Below, one piece after another: positions 29,306-42,166 of a DNA stretch of 58,642 nt. The notes beneath the pieces were generated by a model. That model saw nothing but the letters and a program-made list of their open reading frames with translations, was not told where the DNA came from and did no database searches. The translations under genes and the position numbers were made by a program. Origin of the DNA: Candidatus Magasanikiibacteriota bacterium (GTDB lineage: Bacteria; Patescibacteriota; Patescibacteriia; Magasanikbacterales; UBA922); contig JAAZJX010000069.1 in assembly GCA_012800155.1 (NCBI GenBank), positions 1-58,642 on the forward strand, in the 5' to 3' direction. The number at the start of each line of letters is the position of its first letter. Positions within the stretch are counted from its first letter, which is position 1.

Positions 29306-29337
29306 AAAAACAACCGACATTAATGTCGGTTGTTTTT
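29306..29337. terminator. Intrinsic-terminator-like hairpin that carries the palindrome axis
   Basis: aaaaa-caaccgaca-ttaa-tgtcggttg-ttttt: a 9-bp G/C-containing stem and a self-complementary TTAA loop, flanked by A5 and T5. The axis lies between 29321 and 29322. Confidence 0.7.
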
Positions 29338-29338
29338 A

Positions 29339-29470
29339 TTATTGTTCATCTAAATCATCTTTTTCTTCATCATCTTCATTTTCATAACAAACACAACAAT
29401 CAGCACAACCTCCACATTTTGGACAAATTTCATCTTCTAATAATACTGCGTCACAATATGGACAAAACAT
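29339..29470 (-). CDS. Small Cys-rich zinc-ribbon-like protein (mirror copy)
   Basis: Exact mirror twin of 29173..29304 (coordinates sum to 58643). Confidence 0.5.
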   Translation of the reverse strand: MFCPYCDAVLLEDEICPKCGGCADCCVCYENEDDEEKDDLDEQ

Positions 29471-29702
29471 ATTTATTTAATTTATAAAAAATTATTATCT
29501 AATAATTATATCAATAATCAAAAATTTTTAAATTTTAAAATTATTTAATTAATATCTATATTATCTTAAAAAATAATTTTTTAGTCAAGTATTTTTTTAA
29601 AAAATATTTTTAACAAGATATTTTTTGGCTAAATTAACTAGAAAATAAATAATAATTATACACAATAAAATAGCTTCAAAAAAATATTAATTTATTATTC
29701 TT

Positions 29703-31040
29703 TTAAATAAGATCTTTTGATTTTACAATTTTTACCCCACTTTGTTTCATAACTTCTTTTTCAAAAAGAATAGCACCTAAAACAGTAACCAAAATTACTG
29801 CTAACAAACCAGCTGCAGCAGTAACTTCATCTAAAACATGATTAGCTAAAGCTACAGCAATAAATACTAAACCAACTTCACCACGAATTGACATCGCAAG
29901 CCCAACTAATTTACCTTCTTCTTTATCTTTTAAAACATACCGTGTAAGATATTTTCCAATAAAAGCTAATAATGTTAAAATAATTGCCCAAAACCAAGCT
30001 TTTGGAGCAAGTAAAGATTCTCGTGGTAACATTGTACCAATACTTACTAAAAATCCACCTACAAAAATATGCATATAACCTTCTATTTTTTTCCAAGTTT
30101 CATCTTTAATTTCATTATCTACTTTTGACAAAACAACTCCTATACCAAAAGCTCCTAAAACTGGTTCTAAACCAATTACCCCAGCTAAAGCGCCTGTCAA
30201 CATCAAAGCACCAAAGAAAAAACGAGTTGAAGGACCAGTGATTGATTCTGAATTTCCAACATAATTTCTTTCTAAATATTTAACAATTTTATCAGCCACT
30301 CCCCAACTCCAAAGTATATAAGCTCCGCCAAAAAAAACAACCACAGCTACAAAAATCCACACAATACTCATCATTTCCAAATTACCATTTGATAATTTTG
30401 CCAATATTGTCAAAACTAAAACACCTAAAATATCATCAATTACTGCTGCGCCAATAATTTTATTACCTACATTAGTTTCCAATTTACCAGCTCTTTTTAA
30501 AGCTTCAACTGACAATCCAACAGAAGTTGCAGTAAAAACACCTCCTAAAAAAATTGCTGGCATCCAAGCCAAAGAAAAGACATAATGTCCAAGTAAAGCA
30601 ATACTAACAAGTGGAATAAAAACACCTACACAAGCAATGACAGTAGAAATAAACCAATTCTTTTTTAATAATTCCATATCAAAATGAAGACCTGCTTCAA
30701 ATAAAATAAATAAAACACCTGCTAAACGAGCTAATTCTACTCCCTCAGAATAAGGTTGTAAAACACCTAAAACAGCTGGACCAGCTACAATACCCATAAT
30801 TATTTTACCAGCCATTGGAGCAAAACCTAATAATCTTGCTAAACGACCACCCATAGAAGCATAAACAGCCAAAAATGCAATATCTATAAGCATTACCATT
30901 ACAAAACTAATTTCATGATTATCTGAAGCTTGTAAAGCATTTCTTAGATAATGCAAACCTATAGAAACAACAACTACTTGTAAAATAAGAATTATTAACG
31001 ATTTTAATTTTTTCATATATAGATTAATTAATAAAATCAT
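29703..31040 (-). CDS. Cation:proton antiporter, CPA2 type (mirror copy)
   Basis: Exact mirror twin of 27603..28940, with an identical 445-aa translation. Confidence 0.85.
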   Translation of the reverse strand: MILLINLYMKKLKSLIILILQVVVVSIGLHYLRNALQASDNHEISFVMVMLIDIAFLAVYASMGGRLARLLGFAPMAGKIIMGIVAGPAVLGVLQPYSEGVELARLAGVLFILFEAGLHFDMELLKKNWFISTVIACVGVFIPLVSIALLGHYVFSLAWMPAIFLGGVFTATSVGLSVEALKRAGKLETNVGNKIIGAAVIDDILGVLVLTILAKLSNGNLEMMSIVWIFVAVVVFFGGAYILWSWGVADKIVKYLERNYVGNSESITGPSTRFFFGALMLTGALAGVIGLEPVLGAFGIGVVLSKVDNEIKDETWKKIEGYMHIFVGGFLVSIGTMLPRESLLAPKAWFWAIILTLLAFIGKYLTRYVLKDKEEGKLVGLAMSIRGEVGLVFIAVALANHVLDEVTAAAGLLAVILVTVLGAILFEKEVMKQSGVKIVKSKDLI

Positions 31041-31232
31041 TTAATTACATTATAATTTTAATTATAATGATTTAAGAATTTATAAATAATTAAAATAAAA
31101 AACAATCGATTATATTAATTGTTTTTTATTAAAATTAGAAAAATTTTATACTTTTCATAAACATCACAATTTATGTAATATCTAAAATAAAAAGTTTAAT
31201 ATTATGCAGATTTAAAAATAATTCAAACAAAA

Positions 31233-31667
31233 TTAATTATTCTTAATATTTATTTTTTTATATTTTTTACCAATTTTAATTCTATTCATCTCGCGATCAA
31301 TAACAGCTTGTAATTTAGCATAATCAACATTTTCCTGACTTCTAGCCTTAGCCATTTCTTCCTCAGCTCTTTTTCTGGCTTTTTCTGCTCTTTCAATATC
31401 AATCAATTCAGCGCGTTCAGCATTATCAGCTAAAATAATTACTTCATTATTAGCTTTTATTTCTACAAACCCACTAGAAACAGCAATTATTTGTTCTCCC
31501 ATCTTACTAGTTACTTTTAATTCACCTGCCTGAACAATTGATACTAAAGGAATATGATGTGGTAAAATAGTAATTTCTCCAGTAGTAGTTGGAATAGAAA
31601 TTTTAAAAACATCATTTTCATAAATAATTTTTTCTGGAGTAGCAATTTTAAAATGAATAGTATTCAT
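31233..31667 (-). CDS. atpC: F0F1 ATP synthase subunit epsilon (mirror copy)
   Basis: Exact mirror twin of 26976..27410. Confidence 0.9.
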   Translation of the reverse strand: MNTIHFKIATPEKIIYENDVFKISIPTTTGEITILPHHIPLVSIVQAGELKVTSKMGEQIIAVSSGFVEIKANNEVIILADNAERAELIDIERAEKARKRAEEEMAKARSQENVDYAKLQAVIDREMNRIKIGKKYKKINIKNN

Positions 31668-31672
31668 AAATA

Positions 31673-33064
<1,392 letters not shown>

Positions 33065-33075
33065 TTATTTATAAA

Positions 33076-34047
33076 TTATTCTAAAGCAGCCGCACCACCA
33101 GCAATTTCCGCAATTTCTTGCGTAATACCAGCCTGACGAGCTTTGTTATAGATTAAATTTAATTCTCCAATCATTTCCGAAGCAGCCTCACTAGCATTTT
33201 GCATTGCCATCATACGAGCACTGTGTTCAGAAGCTGATGATTCTAAAACGGCTTGATAAATTTGAGTTTCTACTAATTTAGGCAAAATGATTTGTAAAAC
33301 TTGATCTTGGTTTGGTTCAAAAAGATAATTATCTAATTCAAATTCTGCACGCTCTTTGGTCATTTTTTTATTTTGCTTTTCTTGTTCTTGATCACCTAAA
33401 CTTAATAACATTTTTTCTAAATCAAATTCAGAAATTGGCAATACTTGTCTAAATTTTGCTACTTGATTGATAGTAGATTTAAAATCTGTATAAGCTGCTA
33501 CTACTTTATCATATTGTTTTTTTTCATAAGCTTCAATTACCATTCGACTAATCGGCAAAACATCATTTAAAGTTGGAGTATCAGAAAAATCAGAAAAAGA
33601 AGCAATTAAATTATAATTCATTTTTTTGGCAAAATCAGCACCTTTTTTACCAATTCCAATTACATCAACTATCATTTCAGAACTTGGTTCTAAAAAAGTA
33701 TTTTCTACTCTCTGTCGACCAATATTTATTGGATTATTCAGTTGTTCAGCTGTTTTTTTGATAATATTAGCATTAAAACTTCCACACAAACCACGATTAG
33801 AGGTGATCATTATTATTAATAATTTTTTTACTTGTCTAGCATCTAATAAAGGAAGTTCTTTCTTTTTAGTTTTTGATAATTTTACTAATAAATCCCAAGC
33901 TAATGTAGCATAAGTACGAGTATTTATAGCTGAATCAACTGCTTTTCTCATTTTTACAGCCGAAATCATTTGCATAGCCTTAGTAATTTTATGAGTTGAG
34001 CCAACAGATTTTATTCTTCGTTTTATCGCTTTGGTATTAACTGACAT
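33076..34047 (-). CDS. atpG: F0F1 ATP synthase subunit gamma (mirror copy)
   Basis: Exact mirror twin of 24596..25567. Confidence 0.95.
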   Translation of the reverse strand: MSVNTKAIKRRIKSVGSTHKITKAMQMISAVKMRKAVDSAINTRTYATLAWDLLVKLSKTKKKELPLLDARQVKKLLIIMITSNRGLCGSFNANIIKKTAEQLNNPINIGRQRVENTFLEPSSEMIVDVIGIGKKGADFAKKMNYNLIASFSDFSDTPTLNDVLPISRMVIEAYEKKQYDKVVAAYTDFKSTINQVAKFRQVLPISEFDLEKMLLSLGDQEQEKQNKKMTKERAEFELDNYLFEPNQDQVLQIILPKLVETQIYQAVLESSASEHSARMMAMQNASEAASEMIGELNLIYNKARQAGITQEIAEIAGGAAALE

Positions 34048-34111
34048 AATAATGAATTTTCAATTTATAATTTTTAATATTGAAAATTAAATTTTATTTA
34101 ATAATTTTAAT

Positions 34112-35599
34112 TTACTTAATAAATTCTTCACAAGCAGATTTAAGTTCTGATTCAATAACTTCATCCCATTCTCCTTTAGCAATTTTATCCAATAAAATTT
34201 TTTTATTTTTATGCATAAAATCAAGAAATTGTTTTTCAGCTTCTTTAATTGCATTTACTTCAAATTTATTAAAATATTCATTACTGACAGCATAAATAAT
34301 TGCTACCTGATCTTCCACAGACATTGGAGAATATTGACCTTGTTTTAACAATTCTGTCATTCTTCTTCCTAAATCAATTTGTTTCTTTGTTTCTGGATCC
34401 AAATCTGACGATAATTGAGCAAAAGCTTCTAATTCACGAAATTGAGCCATAGCCAATTTTAATTTACCTGCTACTTTTTTCATTGGTTTAATTTGAGCAG
34501 AACCACCTACACGAGACACAGAAATACCTACATTTAAAGCTGGACGAACACCGCGATAAAACAAATCTGTTTCCAAAAAAATCTGTCCATCAGTAATAGA
34601 AATTACATTAGTTGGAATATAAGCAGTTACATCTCCAGCTTGAGTTTCAATAATTGGTAAAGCTGTAATTGAACCACCACCATTTTCTTTATTTAGACGA
34701 CAAGCGCGTTCTAGTAAGCGTGAATGTAAATAAAATACATCGCCCGGATAAGCTTCTCTTCCTGGCGGACGACGAAGTAGCAAAGAAATTTCACGATAAG
34801 CCCAAGCTTGTTTAGTTAAATCATCATAAACAATTAAAACATCTTGACCTTGATCAGCAAAATATTCAGCCATTGCTACTCCTGAATAAGGTGCAAACAT
34901 AGACATAGAAGCAGGATCAGAAGCGCCAGCAACAACAACTGTGGTATATTCCATAGCTCCAGTTTCTTCTAATTTAGCTACAATACGAGCGATTTTAGAT
35001 TCTTTTTGACCAACTGCTACATAAATACATTTCATGTTTTGACCTTTTTGATTGATAATGGTATCAATCGCAATCGCGGTTTTACCAGTTTGACGATCAC
35101 CAATAATAAGTTCGCGCTGACCACGACCAATTGGAATCATTGCATCAATAGCTTTAATACCTGTTTGTACTGGCTGATCAACTGATTGACGAGTCATAAC
35201 ACCAGGAGCAATTTTTTCTACTGGATAAAATTTATCAGTTTTAATTTCATCTTTTCCATCAATAGCTTGACCTAAAGCATTTACTACTCTACCGATCATT
35301 TGCTCTCCAACTGGAACTGACAAAATACGACCAGTTCTTTTTACTGTGTCCCCTTCTTTAATACCTTTGTAATCACCAAGAATAACCGCTCCAACAGTTT
35401 CTTCTTCTAAATTCAAAACTACTCCAAAAACTCCATTTGAAAATTCCAACATTTCTTGATATTGACTTTTGGTCAATCCAGTCATACGAGCAATACCATC
35501 GCCAACTTCTACGACTGTACCAATTTCCTCCACCTCAATAACTTTTTCAAATTGAGAAATATGTTTTTTTAATTCTTCAACTATCTGATTTGTAGACAT
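34112..35599 (-). CDS. atpA: F0F1 ATP synthase subunit alpha (mirror copy)
   Basis: Exact mirror twin of 23044..24531. Confidence 0.98.
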   Translation of the reverse strand: MSTNQIVEELKKHISQFEKVIEVEEIGTVVEVGDGIARMTGLTKSQYQEMLEFSNGVFGVVLNLEEETVGAVILGDYKGIKEGDTVKRTGRILSVPVGEQMIGRVVNALGQAIDGKDEIKTDKFYPVEKIAPGVMTRQSVDQPVQTGIKAIDAMIPIGRGQRELIIGDRQTGKTAIAIDTIINQKGQNMKCIYVAVGQKESKIARIVAKLEETGAMEYTTVVVAGASDPASMSMFAPYSGVAMAEYFADQGQDVLIVYDDLTKQAWAYREISLLLRRPPGREAYPGDVFYLHSRLLERACRLNKENGGGSITALPIIETQAGDVTAYIPTNVISITDGQIFLETDLFYRGVRPALNVGISVSRVGGSAQIKPMKKVAGKLKLAMAQFRELEAFAQLSSDLDPETKKQIDLGRRMTELLKQGQYSPMSVEDQVAIIYAVSNEYFNKFEVNAIKEAEKQFLDFMHKNKKILLDKIAKGEWDEVIESELKSACEEFIK

Positions 35600-35623
35600 A
35601 TGTTTATAAAATTTGATTATTAA

Positions 35624-36004
35624 TTATAATGCATTTTTTAATTGTTTTAATTGAGTTTTAATAGTTGCATCCAAAATCTTGTCTTCTAGCTTAATACTCA
35701 CTCCACCTAAAATATTTTTATCAATAATTTGTTGTTCATTAACTTTATCTCCAAAAACTTGTTTTATCTTGTCAATAGTTTCTTGATCTAATTTATGAGC
35801 AGAAGTAATTTCTATTTCTTTCACACCTTCTTGTTTTTTTGCATATTTTATATATTCTTCTATAATCCTCTCCGCTTGCTTTAATTTATGAGAACGAACT
35901 AATAATTTTGCAAAATTAAATAAAACTCTTTCTAAATCTTTATCTTTTAAACTTTTAGTAACCTTATACAAAGCTTCAGCAAATTGTTTATTGCTTTTTT
36001 TCAT
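35624..36004 (-). CDS. atpH: F0F1 ATP synthase subunit delta, short (mirror copy)
   Basis: Exact mirror twin of 22639..23019. Confidence 0.8.
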   Translation of the reverse strand: MKKSNKQFAEALYKVTKSLKDKDLERVLFNFAKLLVRSHKLKQAERIIEEYIKYAKKQEGVKEIEITSAHKLDQETIDKIKQVFGDKVNEQQIIDKNILGGVSIKLEDKILDATIKTQLKQLKNAL

Positions 36005-36009
36005 AAAAA

Positions 36010-36606
36010 TTATTTAATATTTTTCAATGAATCTTCAATCAATTCTCGATCTTTTTTATCTGTAATTTTTTCATTCAAAACTTTTTCTACAACGGCTATA
36101 ATTAAATTTACAGTTTCATTTTTTAAACCTTGAATAGTCTCTTCTTTCTCAATTTGAATATTACGCTTAGCTTGATCAACTAATAGTTCAATTTCTTTTT
36201 TAGCTTTATTTTTCATTTCTTCACTCAATTTTTCACTATCAGCATAAGCTTTTTCAATAATTTTATTGGCTTCAACTTTGGCTTCATCAATCTTTTCTTG
36301 AAATTTTTGTTGGCTCATTGTTAAGTTTGTTTCTACTTCTTGAGCTTTATCCAAACTATCATTAATAATTTTCTTTCTATCCTCTAACTTTTTAGTTAAT
36401 GGTTTTAAAATTAAAAACCACAAAATAGCAGCTACGATAGCAAAATTCAAAAGCTGAAATACAAAAAGTTGAGCATTAATACCCAAAGAAGCTACTACTC
36501 CACTTGTTTCTTCTCCATGTCCTGTGGTTGTATAAGTTTCCGTAGCTAAAACTTCAGTTTCTGAAACTGATTCATTGCTAGCATAAACTGTGTTTATTAT
36601 ATTCAT
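36010..36606 (-). CDS. atpF: F0F1 ATP synthase subunit b (mirror copy)
   Basis: Exact mirror twin of 22037..22633. Confidence 0.9.
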   Translation of the reverse strand: MNIINTVYASNESVSETEVLATETYTTTGHGEETSGVVASLGINAQLFVFQLLNFAIVAAILWFLILKPLTKKLEDRKKIINDSLDKAQEVETNLTMSQQKFQEKIDEAKVEANKIIEKAYADSEKLSEEMKNKAKKEIELLVDQAKRNIQIEKEETIQGLKNETVNLIIAVVEKVLNEKITDKKDRELIEDSLKNIK

Positions 36607-36665
36607 AATTATAAATTTTAAAATAATATCTATTCACTGGACCAAAATTGACCCAGTGTAAGAAA

Positions 36666-36959
<294 letters not shown>

Positions 36960-37037
36960 TTACCTCACCTTGAATACCTCTACTCTTCACAAGGAGTAAA
37001 GAATAAAAAATAAAATTTACTTTTTATTCTTTACTAC

Positions 37038-37868
37038 TTATTTTACCTTTACAGGTTCTTTTAAAACTTCATGAACTTCTTCATGATGTTCCTCGCCATG
37101 AGGAGCTGAACCAGCAACTGTTAAATAAACAATAGTCAGCATTGCAAATACTGAAGCTTGAATTAATCCAACTAATAATTCTAATAACATAAATGGTGTT
37201 GGAACAACAGCAGCTATCAAAGCAGAAATTACTGTAATCAAAACCTCTCCTGCAAAAATATTACCAAACAAACGAAGAGATAAAGATAAAACTTTAGCAA
37301 CTTCTGAGGCAATTTCTATAATACCAACCATAAACTCAATTAGAGCAGTAAAAATAGCAATTGGACCTTTTGGTATACTTTTGATAATATTTTTAATTTG
37401 AATAAATTTTCCAATTTGGGTAAAAAATCCAATACTAAAAAAAGCAAAAATATGTGAAGAAAGTACTGCTACTAAAGACATTGCCAAAGTTAAATTTAAA
37501 TCAGTATTAGCTGGACGAAGCAACATATTGTGACCATAAGTAATACTTCCAGTCCCTGGTAAAAGACCAATCCAATTAGAAAGTAAAATAAAAAAGAAGA
37601 CAGATCCAACTATTGGTAAAAATTTAATAGTTTTTTTTCTGTCTCCTGTAACCTGATCAAAATAACCTAATATTAAATCTAAAAAATATTCACACCAATT
37701 TTGTAATTTTCCCGGTCGAAGAGCTATTTTTCTTTTTATTAAAATACCTAATATTAAAAAAATAATTATAGCAATCCAAGCATTTATCATTGTATTGGTA
37801 ATACTAATATTTCCTATATGAAACAAGGTCTCTGGTGCTAAAGTTGGAATGTGAATTTCGCCACTCAT
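37038..37868 (-). CDS. atpB: F0F1 ATP synthase subunit a (mirror copy)
   Basis: Exact mirror twin of 20775..21605. Confidence 0.95.
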   Translation of the reverse strand: MSGEIHIPTLAPETLFHIGNISITNTMINAWIAIIIFLILGILIKRKIALRPGKLQNWCEYFLDLILGYFDQVTGDRKKTIKFLPIVGSVFFFILLSNWIGLLPGTGSITYGHNMLLRPANTDLNLTLAMSLVAVLSSHIFAFFSIGFFTQIGKFIQIKNIIKSIPKGPIAIFTALIEFMVGIIEIASEVAKVLSLSLRLFGNIFAGEVLITVISALIAAVVPTPFMLLELLVGLIQASVFAMLTIVYLTVAGSAPHGEEHHEEVHEVLKEPVKVK

Positions 37869-37873
37869 AATTA

Positions 37874-38140
37874 TTATTTATTTTTTTCTTTACCTAATTC
37901 ATGATATTCTTTTCCGTAATTTTTAGCTTTTTTATAAATAAGTCTTCCAGAAACTAACGCTGCTAAAACAAAAGCTCCAATCGTAAAATATGGCTGAGTC
38001 TGATATTTTCCATCCAACCACTGACCAATAATAACAAACACTACCACAGGAATAGCAATACTCGCCCCAAAATCTCCCACTATTCTAAAACCCATCAACA
38101 TGTATTTTCTTTCTCTAGGATTAGAAGGCAATAAAGCCAT
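37874..38140 (-). CDS. AtpZ/AtpI-like small membrane protein (mirror copy)
   Basis: Exact mirror twin of 20503..20769. Confidence 0.7.
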   Translation of the reverse strand: MALLPSNPRERKYMLMGFRIVGDFGASIAIPVVVFVIIGQWLDGKYQTQPYFTIGAFVLAALVSGRLIYKKAKNYGKEYHELGKEKNK

Positions 38141-38265
38141 ATTTTAAAATTTAAAAAGATATTTGATTAACGACAATATTTTAACTGATTATTAGACTTT
38201 CGTCAACTATTTTTTTATTTAGATTGTGCATAAAAATATAAAAAAGAGCTTTTTTAAGCTCTTTT

Positions 38266-39135
38266 TTAAATATTAAATAATTTTTTGGCATTATCATCTG
38301 TAATTTTAATTATTTCTTCAACACTTTTTCCTCTTATTTTAGCTATTTCTTTAACTACTTCTTCTACCATCCAAGGTTCACATTTTTTACCACGATATAA
38401 TTGAGGAGCTAGATAAGGAGCATCTGTTTCTACCACTATTTTATCCAATGGACAATTTTTTACTACTTCTAATAAATCCAAAGTTGGTTGAGGATTAGTT
38501 TTACGCGGTGGAAAAGTAATTATTCCAGTAAAACCAAGATAAAATCCTAAATCTAAAAATTTTTTAGCTTGTATCCAATTTCCAGAATAACAATGAATCA
38601 CTCCTTTTATCTTACCATATTTTTTTATAAGTTTTGCTAATAATTTTGCCATTTCATCATAAGCTTTTGGTAAATTTTTATCCGGCTCAGAATCTCTAGT
38701 ATGAACTACCAAAGTTAAATTATTTTTTTGAGCAAATTTAAATTGTTGAATAAAAACTTTTTTTTGTTTTTCTAAAATAATTTTAAAATCTATATTATTT
38801 GGTAAATGAAAAAAATCTAAACCGCATTCCCCCACTCCAATTACTTTTTTTGATTTTGCTAAATTTAAATAATATTTTTCATCAAAATCTTCTTCATGAG
38901 ACAAAAATTTTGATTCTTCTTCATCAACCTGAGTAGCAAAAAGATGCACAGGATGAAGTCCAATTGTTGCATAAATATTATTATATTTTTCTGCTATTTC
39001 TACTGCTAATCTACTAGTTTCTTTTTGTGTGCCAATCGTATTCATGATCAATCCTTTTTTTATACAACGAAGAATGACCTCATCACGGTCATCCTTATAT
39101 CCTTGAAATTGTATATGACAATGGGTATCAATCAT
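38266..39135 (-). CDS. tatD: TatD-family hydrolase (mirror copy)
   Basis: Exact mirror twin of 19508..20377. Confidence 0.9.
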   Translation of the reverse strand: MIDTHCHIQFQGYKDDRDEVILRCIKKGLIMNTIGTQKETSRLAVEIAEKYNNIYATIGLHPVHLFATQVDEEESKFLSHEEDFDEKYYLNLAKSKKVIGVGECGLDFFHLPNNIDFKIILEKQKKVFIQQFKFAQKNNLTLVVHTRDSEPDKNLPKAYDEMAKLLAKLIKKYGKIKGVIHCYSGNWIQAKKFLDLGFYLGFTGIITFPPRKTNPQPTLDLLEVVKNCPLDKIVVETDAPYLAPQLYRGKKCEPWMVEEVVKEIAKIRGKSVEEIIKITDDNAKKLFNI

Positions 39136-39677
39136 AAATTAGAAACAACAATATCTTGAACATAATCTACAGTAGAACGAAGCATTTTTAAAGCTTCGGG
39201 CAAAAGTGGAATTAAAATTGCTGCAGAATTAACTAAAAAAGGAACAAACTTAGAAGCAGCCATCCATCCCATAAATTGATCAGATAATGGAATACGTTCT
39301 ATAAAATAAAATATTAAACCTAATGTAATCACTCCTTCAAATAAACCAATAATAATACCTAAAAATCTATTAAGTGAATTTAAAAATGGCATTTTTGTAA
39401 TAAAACTAGTTGCCTTATCTAAAATCCAAAATCCAAAACCTATCAATCTATTTACCACTACAAAAGTAATAATAAACATAAGAACTTTGGAAAAATTACT
39501 TTCCCAACCTGTAATATTTACTAACCAACTTGCCATTGGTTCATAATATCTGCTAGCCACATAAGCTCCAATAATTGTTCCAACCAAAGATCCAATAGTA
39601 TGAACTAAACCAAACCAAAAACCAAACATTGCAAACCCACTAATAATTATGAGAAGAATGATATCAAATAAAGACAT
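39132..39677 (-). CDS. cvpA: CvpA-family membrane protein (mirror copy)
   Basis: Exact mirror twin of 18966..19511. Confidence 0.65.
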   Translation of the reverse strand: MSLFDIILLIIISGFAMFGFWFGLVHTIGSLVGTIIGAYVASRYYEPMASWLVNITGWESNFSKVLMFIITFVVVNRLIGFGFWILDKATSFITKMPFLNSLNRFLGIIIGLFEGVITLGLIFYFIERIPLSDQFMGWMAASKFVPFLVNSAAILIPLLPEALKMLRSTVDYVQDIVVSNL

Positions 39678-39702
39678 ATGTCTTATAATTTAAAATTTAA
39701 AA

Positions 39703-41190
39703 TTATATATTATTTTCTAATCTTGAAAATAATATTCCTCCTTTATTTATTATACCACCTTCTGACAATTTTCCCCAGTCATGAGACAATTCAGTTGTGT
39801 TTAACTGTTTCAAAATCTTTTCCGCAGTTTCAGGAATAATTGGCAATAATGCTACGGCAATCTGACGCAAACCTTCGGCTAATTGATAAAGTAAACCAGA
39901 AATATCTTCACCAGCTTTTACTTTTTCCCAAGGTTTTTGTGTAGAAATAAAACTGTCTAATTCTGCAACAAATTTATTTATTAAATTAACCACTTCTTCA
40001 AATTTATATTCACTTAAATATTTATTATATTTTATCCAAAAATTTTCTATTTCCCAATTCACATTTTCCACTTGAGGAATTTTTGATTCTGAATACTTTT
40101 CTAACATTGTTAAAATTCTACTAGTTAAATTACCTATACCATTTACAAGATGAGCAGTATAAAATTCTTCAAATCTTTGAATACTAAAATCACCGTCTTC
40201 ATAAGCTGGCATAGCGCCAAGTAAATAATAACGCACAGCATCAGTACCATATTTTTCTACAATTTTATATGGCTCTATCACATTACCTAAACTTTTACTC
40301 ATCTTTTTTCCTTCAGCAGTAATAAACCCATGAATAAAAATTTGTTTTGAATTTGGTAAACCAGCTGAGATAAGCATAGCTTGCCACATAGCTGCTTGCT
40401 GACGAAGATTATCTTTTCCCGCCACTTGTACTCCTGGCCAATTTTTTTCAAAATTATTTTTATTTTCTGGCCAACCAAGAGTTGAAATATAATTTATTAA
40501 AGCGTCAAACCAAACATACATTACTTGACTTTCATCTCCTGGAACTTCCACACCCCAAGGCATCTTATTTTTCAAACGAGAAATACTAAAATCTTCTAAA
40601 CCTCGTTCCACAAAATTTTTAATTTCTAATTGTCTATTCTGAGGTATAATAAAATTTGGATTATCTTTGTATAATTTTAATAAAGATTTTTGATATTTAG
40701 AAAATTTAAAAAAATAATTTTCTTCTTCAATTAATTCTAAAACTAAATTAGGATGAACTGGACATTTACCATCAACTAACTCAGAATCAGTTTTTTCTAA
40801 TTCACAACCTACACAATATTTAACACTATAATTTTTTTTATAAATATCACCATTTTTTTCACATAATTTCCAAAATTCTTGAGCTGCTTTTTTATGATAC
40901 TTATCAGTTGTCCGAATAAAATGAGTGTAACTTAAATTAAGCGCTTGTTTCAAAGCATCAAATTTAACAGCGTATTCATCACAATATTTTTGTGGCTCAA
41001 TTCCTAATTCCAAAGCCTTTCGATAAATTTTCAAACCATGTTCATCAGTGCCAAAATTAAATACTACATTTTTTCCTAATAAACGATGATAGCGAGCCAA
41101 AACATCTGCCTGAATAATTTCCAAAGCAAAACCAATGTGTGGTTCAGCATTTACATACGGCAAAGTAGTGGTAATATAATAGTTTTTCAT
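39703..41190 (-). CDS. metG: Methionine--tRNA ligase (mirror copy)
   Basis: Exact mirror twin of 17453..18940. Confidence 0.95.
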   Translation of the reverse strand: MKNYYITTTLPYVNAEPHIGFALEIIQADVLARYHRLLGKNVVFNFGTDEHGLKIYRKALELGIEPQKYCDEYAVKFDALKQALNLSYTHFIRTTDKYHKKAAQEFWKLCEKNGDIYKKNYSVKYCVGCELEKTDSELVDGKCPVHPNLVLELIEEENYFFKFSKYQKSLLKLYKDNPNFIIPQNRQLEIKNFVERGLEDFSISRLKNKMPWGVEVPGDESQVMYVWFDALINYISTLGWPENKNNFEKNWPGVQVAGKDNLRQQAAMWQAMLISAGLPNSKQIFIHGFITAEGKKMSKSLGNVIEPYKIVEKYGTDAVRYYLLGAMPAYEDGDFSIQRFEEFYTAHLVNGIGNLTSRILTMLEKYSESKIPQVENVNWEIENFWIKYNKYLSEYKFEEVVNLINKFVAELDSFISTQKPWEKVKAGEDISGLLYQLAEGLRQIAVALLPIIPETAEKILKQLNTTELSHDWGKLSEGGIINKGGILFSRLENNI

Positions 41191-41338
41191 AATTAACTAA
41201 TAAATCTATTTAATTTCTCTTTTAGTGAAACTATTTATCATTTTGTAAATTTCTCATATAAACAAATAATTTTTTCCAAGTATTCAAATCATAAAAAATT
41301 TATCATATTAAAAATTAGTAATTATTAGTTACTAATTA

Positions 41339-42067
41339 TCACTTACTAACAACCACTACAAACTCACCTTTTTCACTAATATTCATTTTTAAAATTTCTT
41401 GAATTGTGCCACGATAAATTGTTTCAAATTTCTTAGTCAACTCTCTGCCAATACAAAGTTGTTGTTTTTCATTCAAAACTTTTACTAATTCTAATAAACA
41501 TTTTTTTATTCTATGACTAGATTCATAAAAAACTATTGTATATTTACTTTCAGCTATTTCTTTAAAAAATGCTTGTCGTCCTTTTTTGTGTGGAGGAAAA
41601 CCAAGAAACAAAAACTTATCTGCGGGAAATCCTGAAATACTCAAAGCTGTAATAACTGCCGAAGGACCTGGAATTGGTATTATATTATCAGACTGAACAA
41701 TCATTGATGAATCTTTTTTGTTAACGAAATATTTTGAATTTTCTACTTGAACTTCATCCAAAATCATGTCAATCAATTTATTTCCCGGATCACTAATTCC
41801 CGGTGTACCAGCATCAGTTACTAAAGCTAAATTTTTACCACTTACTAATAATTTTTTAATTTCTAATAATTTTTTAATTTCACTATGTTGATGATAAGAA
41901 ATTGTCTTAGTTTTTATTTCAAAATAATTCAAAAGTTTTTGAGTATTTCTAGTATCTTCACATAAAATAAAATCTACTTTTTTTAAAGTTTCTAAAGCGC
42001 GTAAAGTAATATCACCAAGATTGCCAATTGGTGTAGCTACTATATATAATTTACCTTTTTCATTCAT
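41339..42067 (-). CDS. rsmI: 16S rRNA 2'-O-methyltransferase RsmI (mirror copy)
   Basis: Exact mirror twin of 16576..17304. Confidence 0.88.
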   Translation of the reverse strand: MNEKGKLYIVATPIGNLGDITLRALETLKKVDFILCEDTRNTQKLLNYFEIKTKTISYHQHSEIKKLLEIKKLLVSGKNLALVTDAGTPGISDPGNKLIDMILDEVQVENSKYFVNKKDSSMIVQSDNIIPIPGPSAVITALSISGFPADKFLFLGFPPHKKGRQAFFKEIAESKYTIVFYESSHRIKKCLLELVKVLNEKQQLCIGRELTKKFETIYRGTIQEILKMNISEKGEFVVVVSK

Positions 42068-42166
42068 AATAAATAAATCTTATCAAAAATAAGAGAAAAA
42101 AGCAATTTCTTGCTTTTTTCTCAAAATATGATATACTAAAAAAGTATTTTACAGGAGGATAAATAC

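Noticed and set aside
29306-29337. N15- or Borrelia-type telomere resolution site with an associated protelomerase
   Set aside because: No telomere resolvase (ResT/TelN/TelK-like) gene is present in the window. The central sequence reads as an ordinary terminator 1 nt after a stop codon. The idea is kept only as a low-probability alternative under finding 1.
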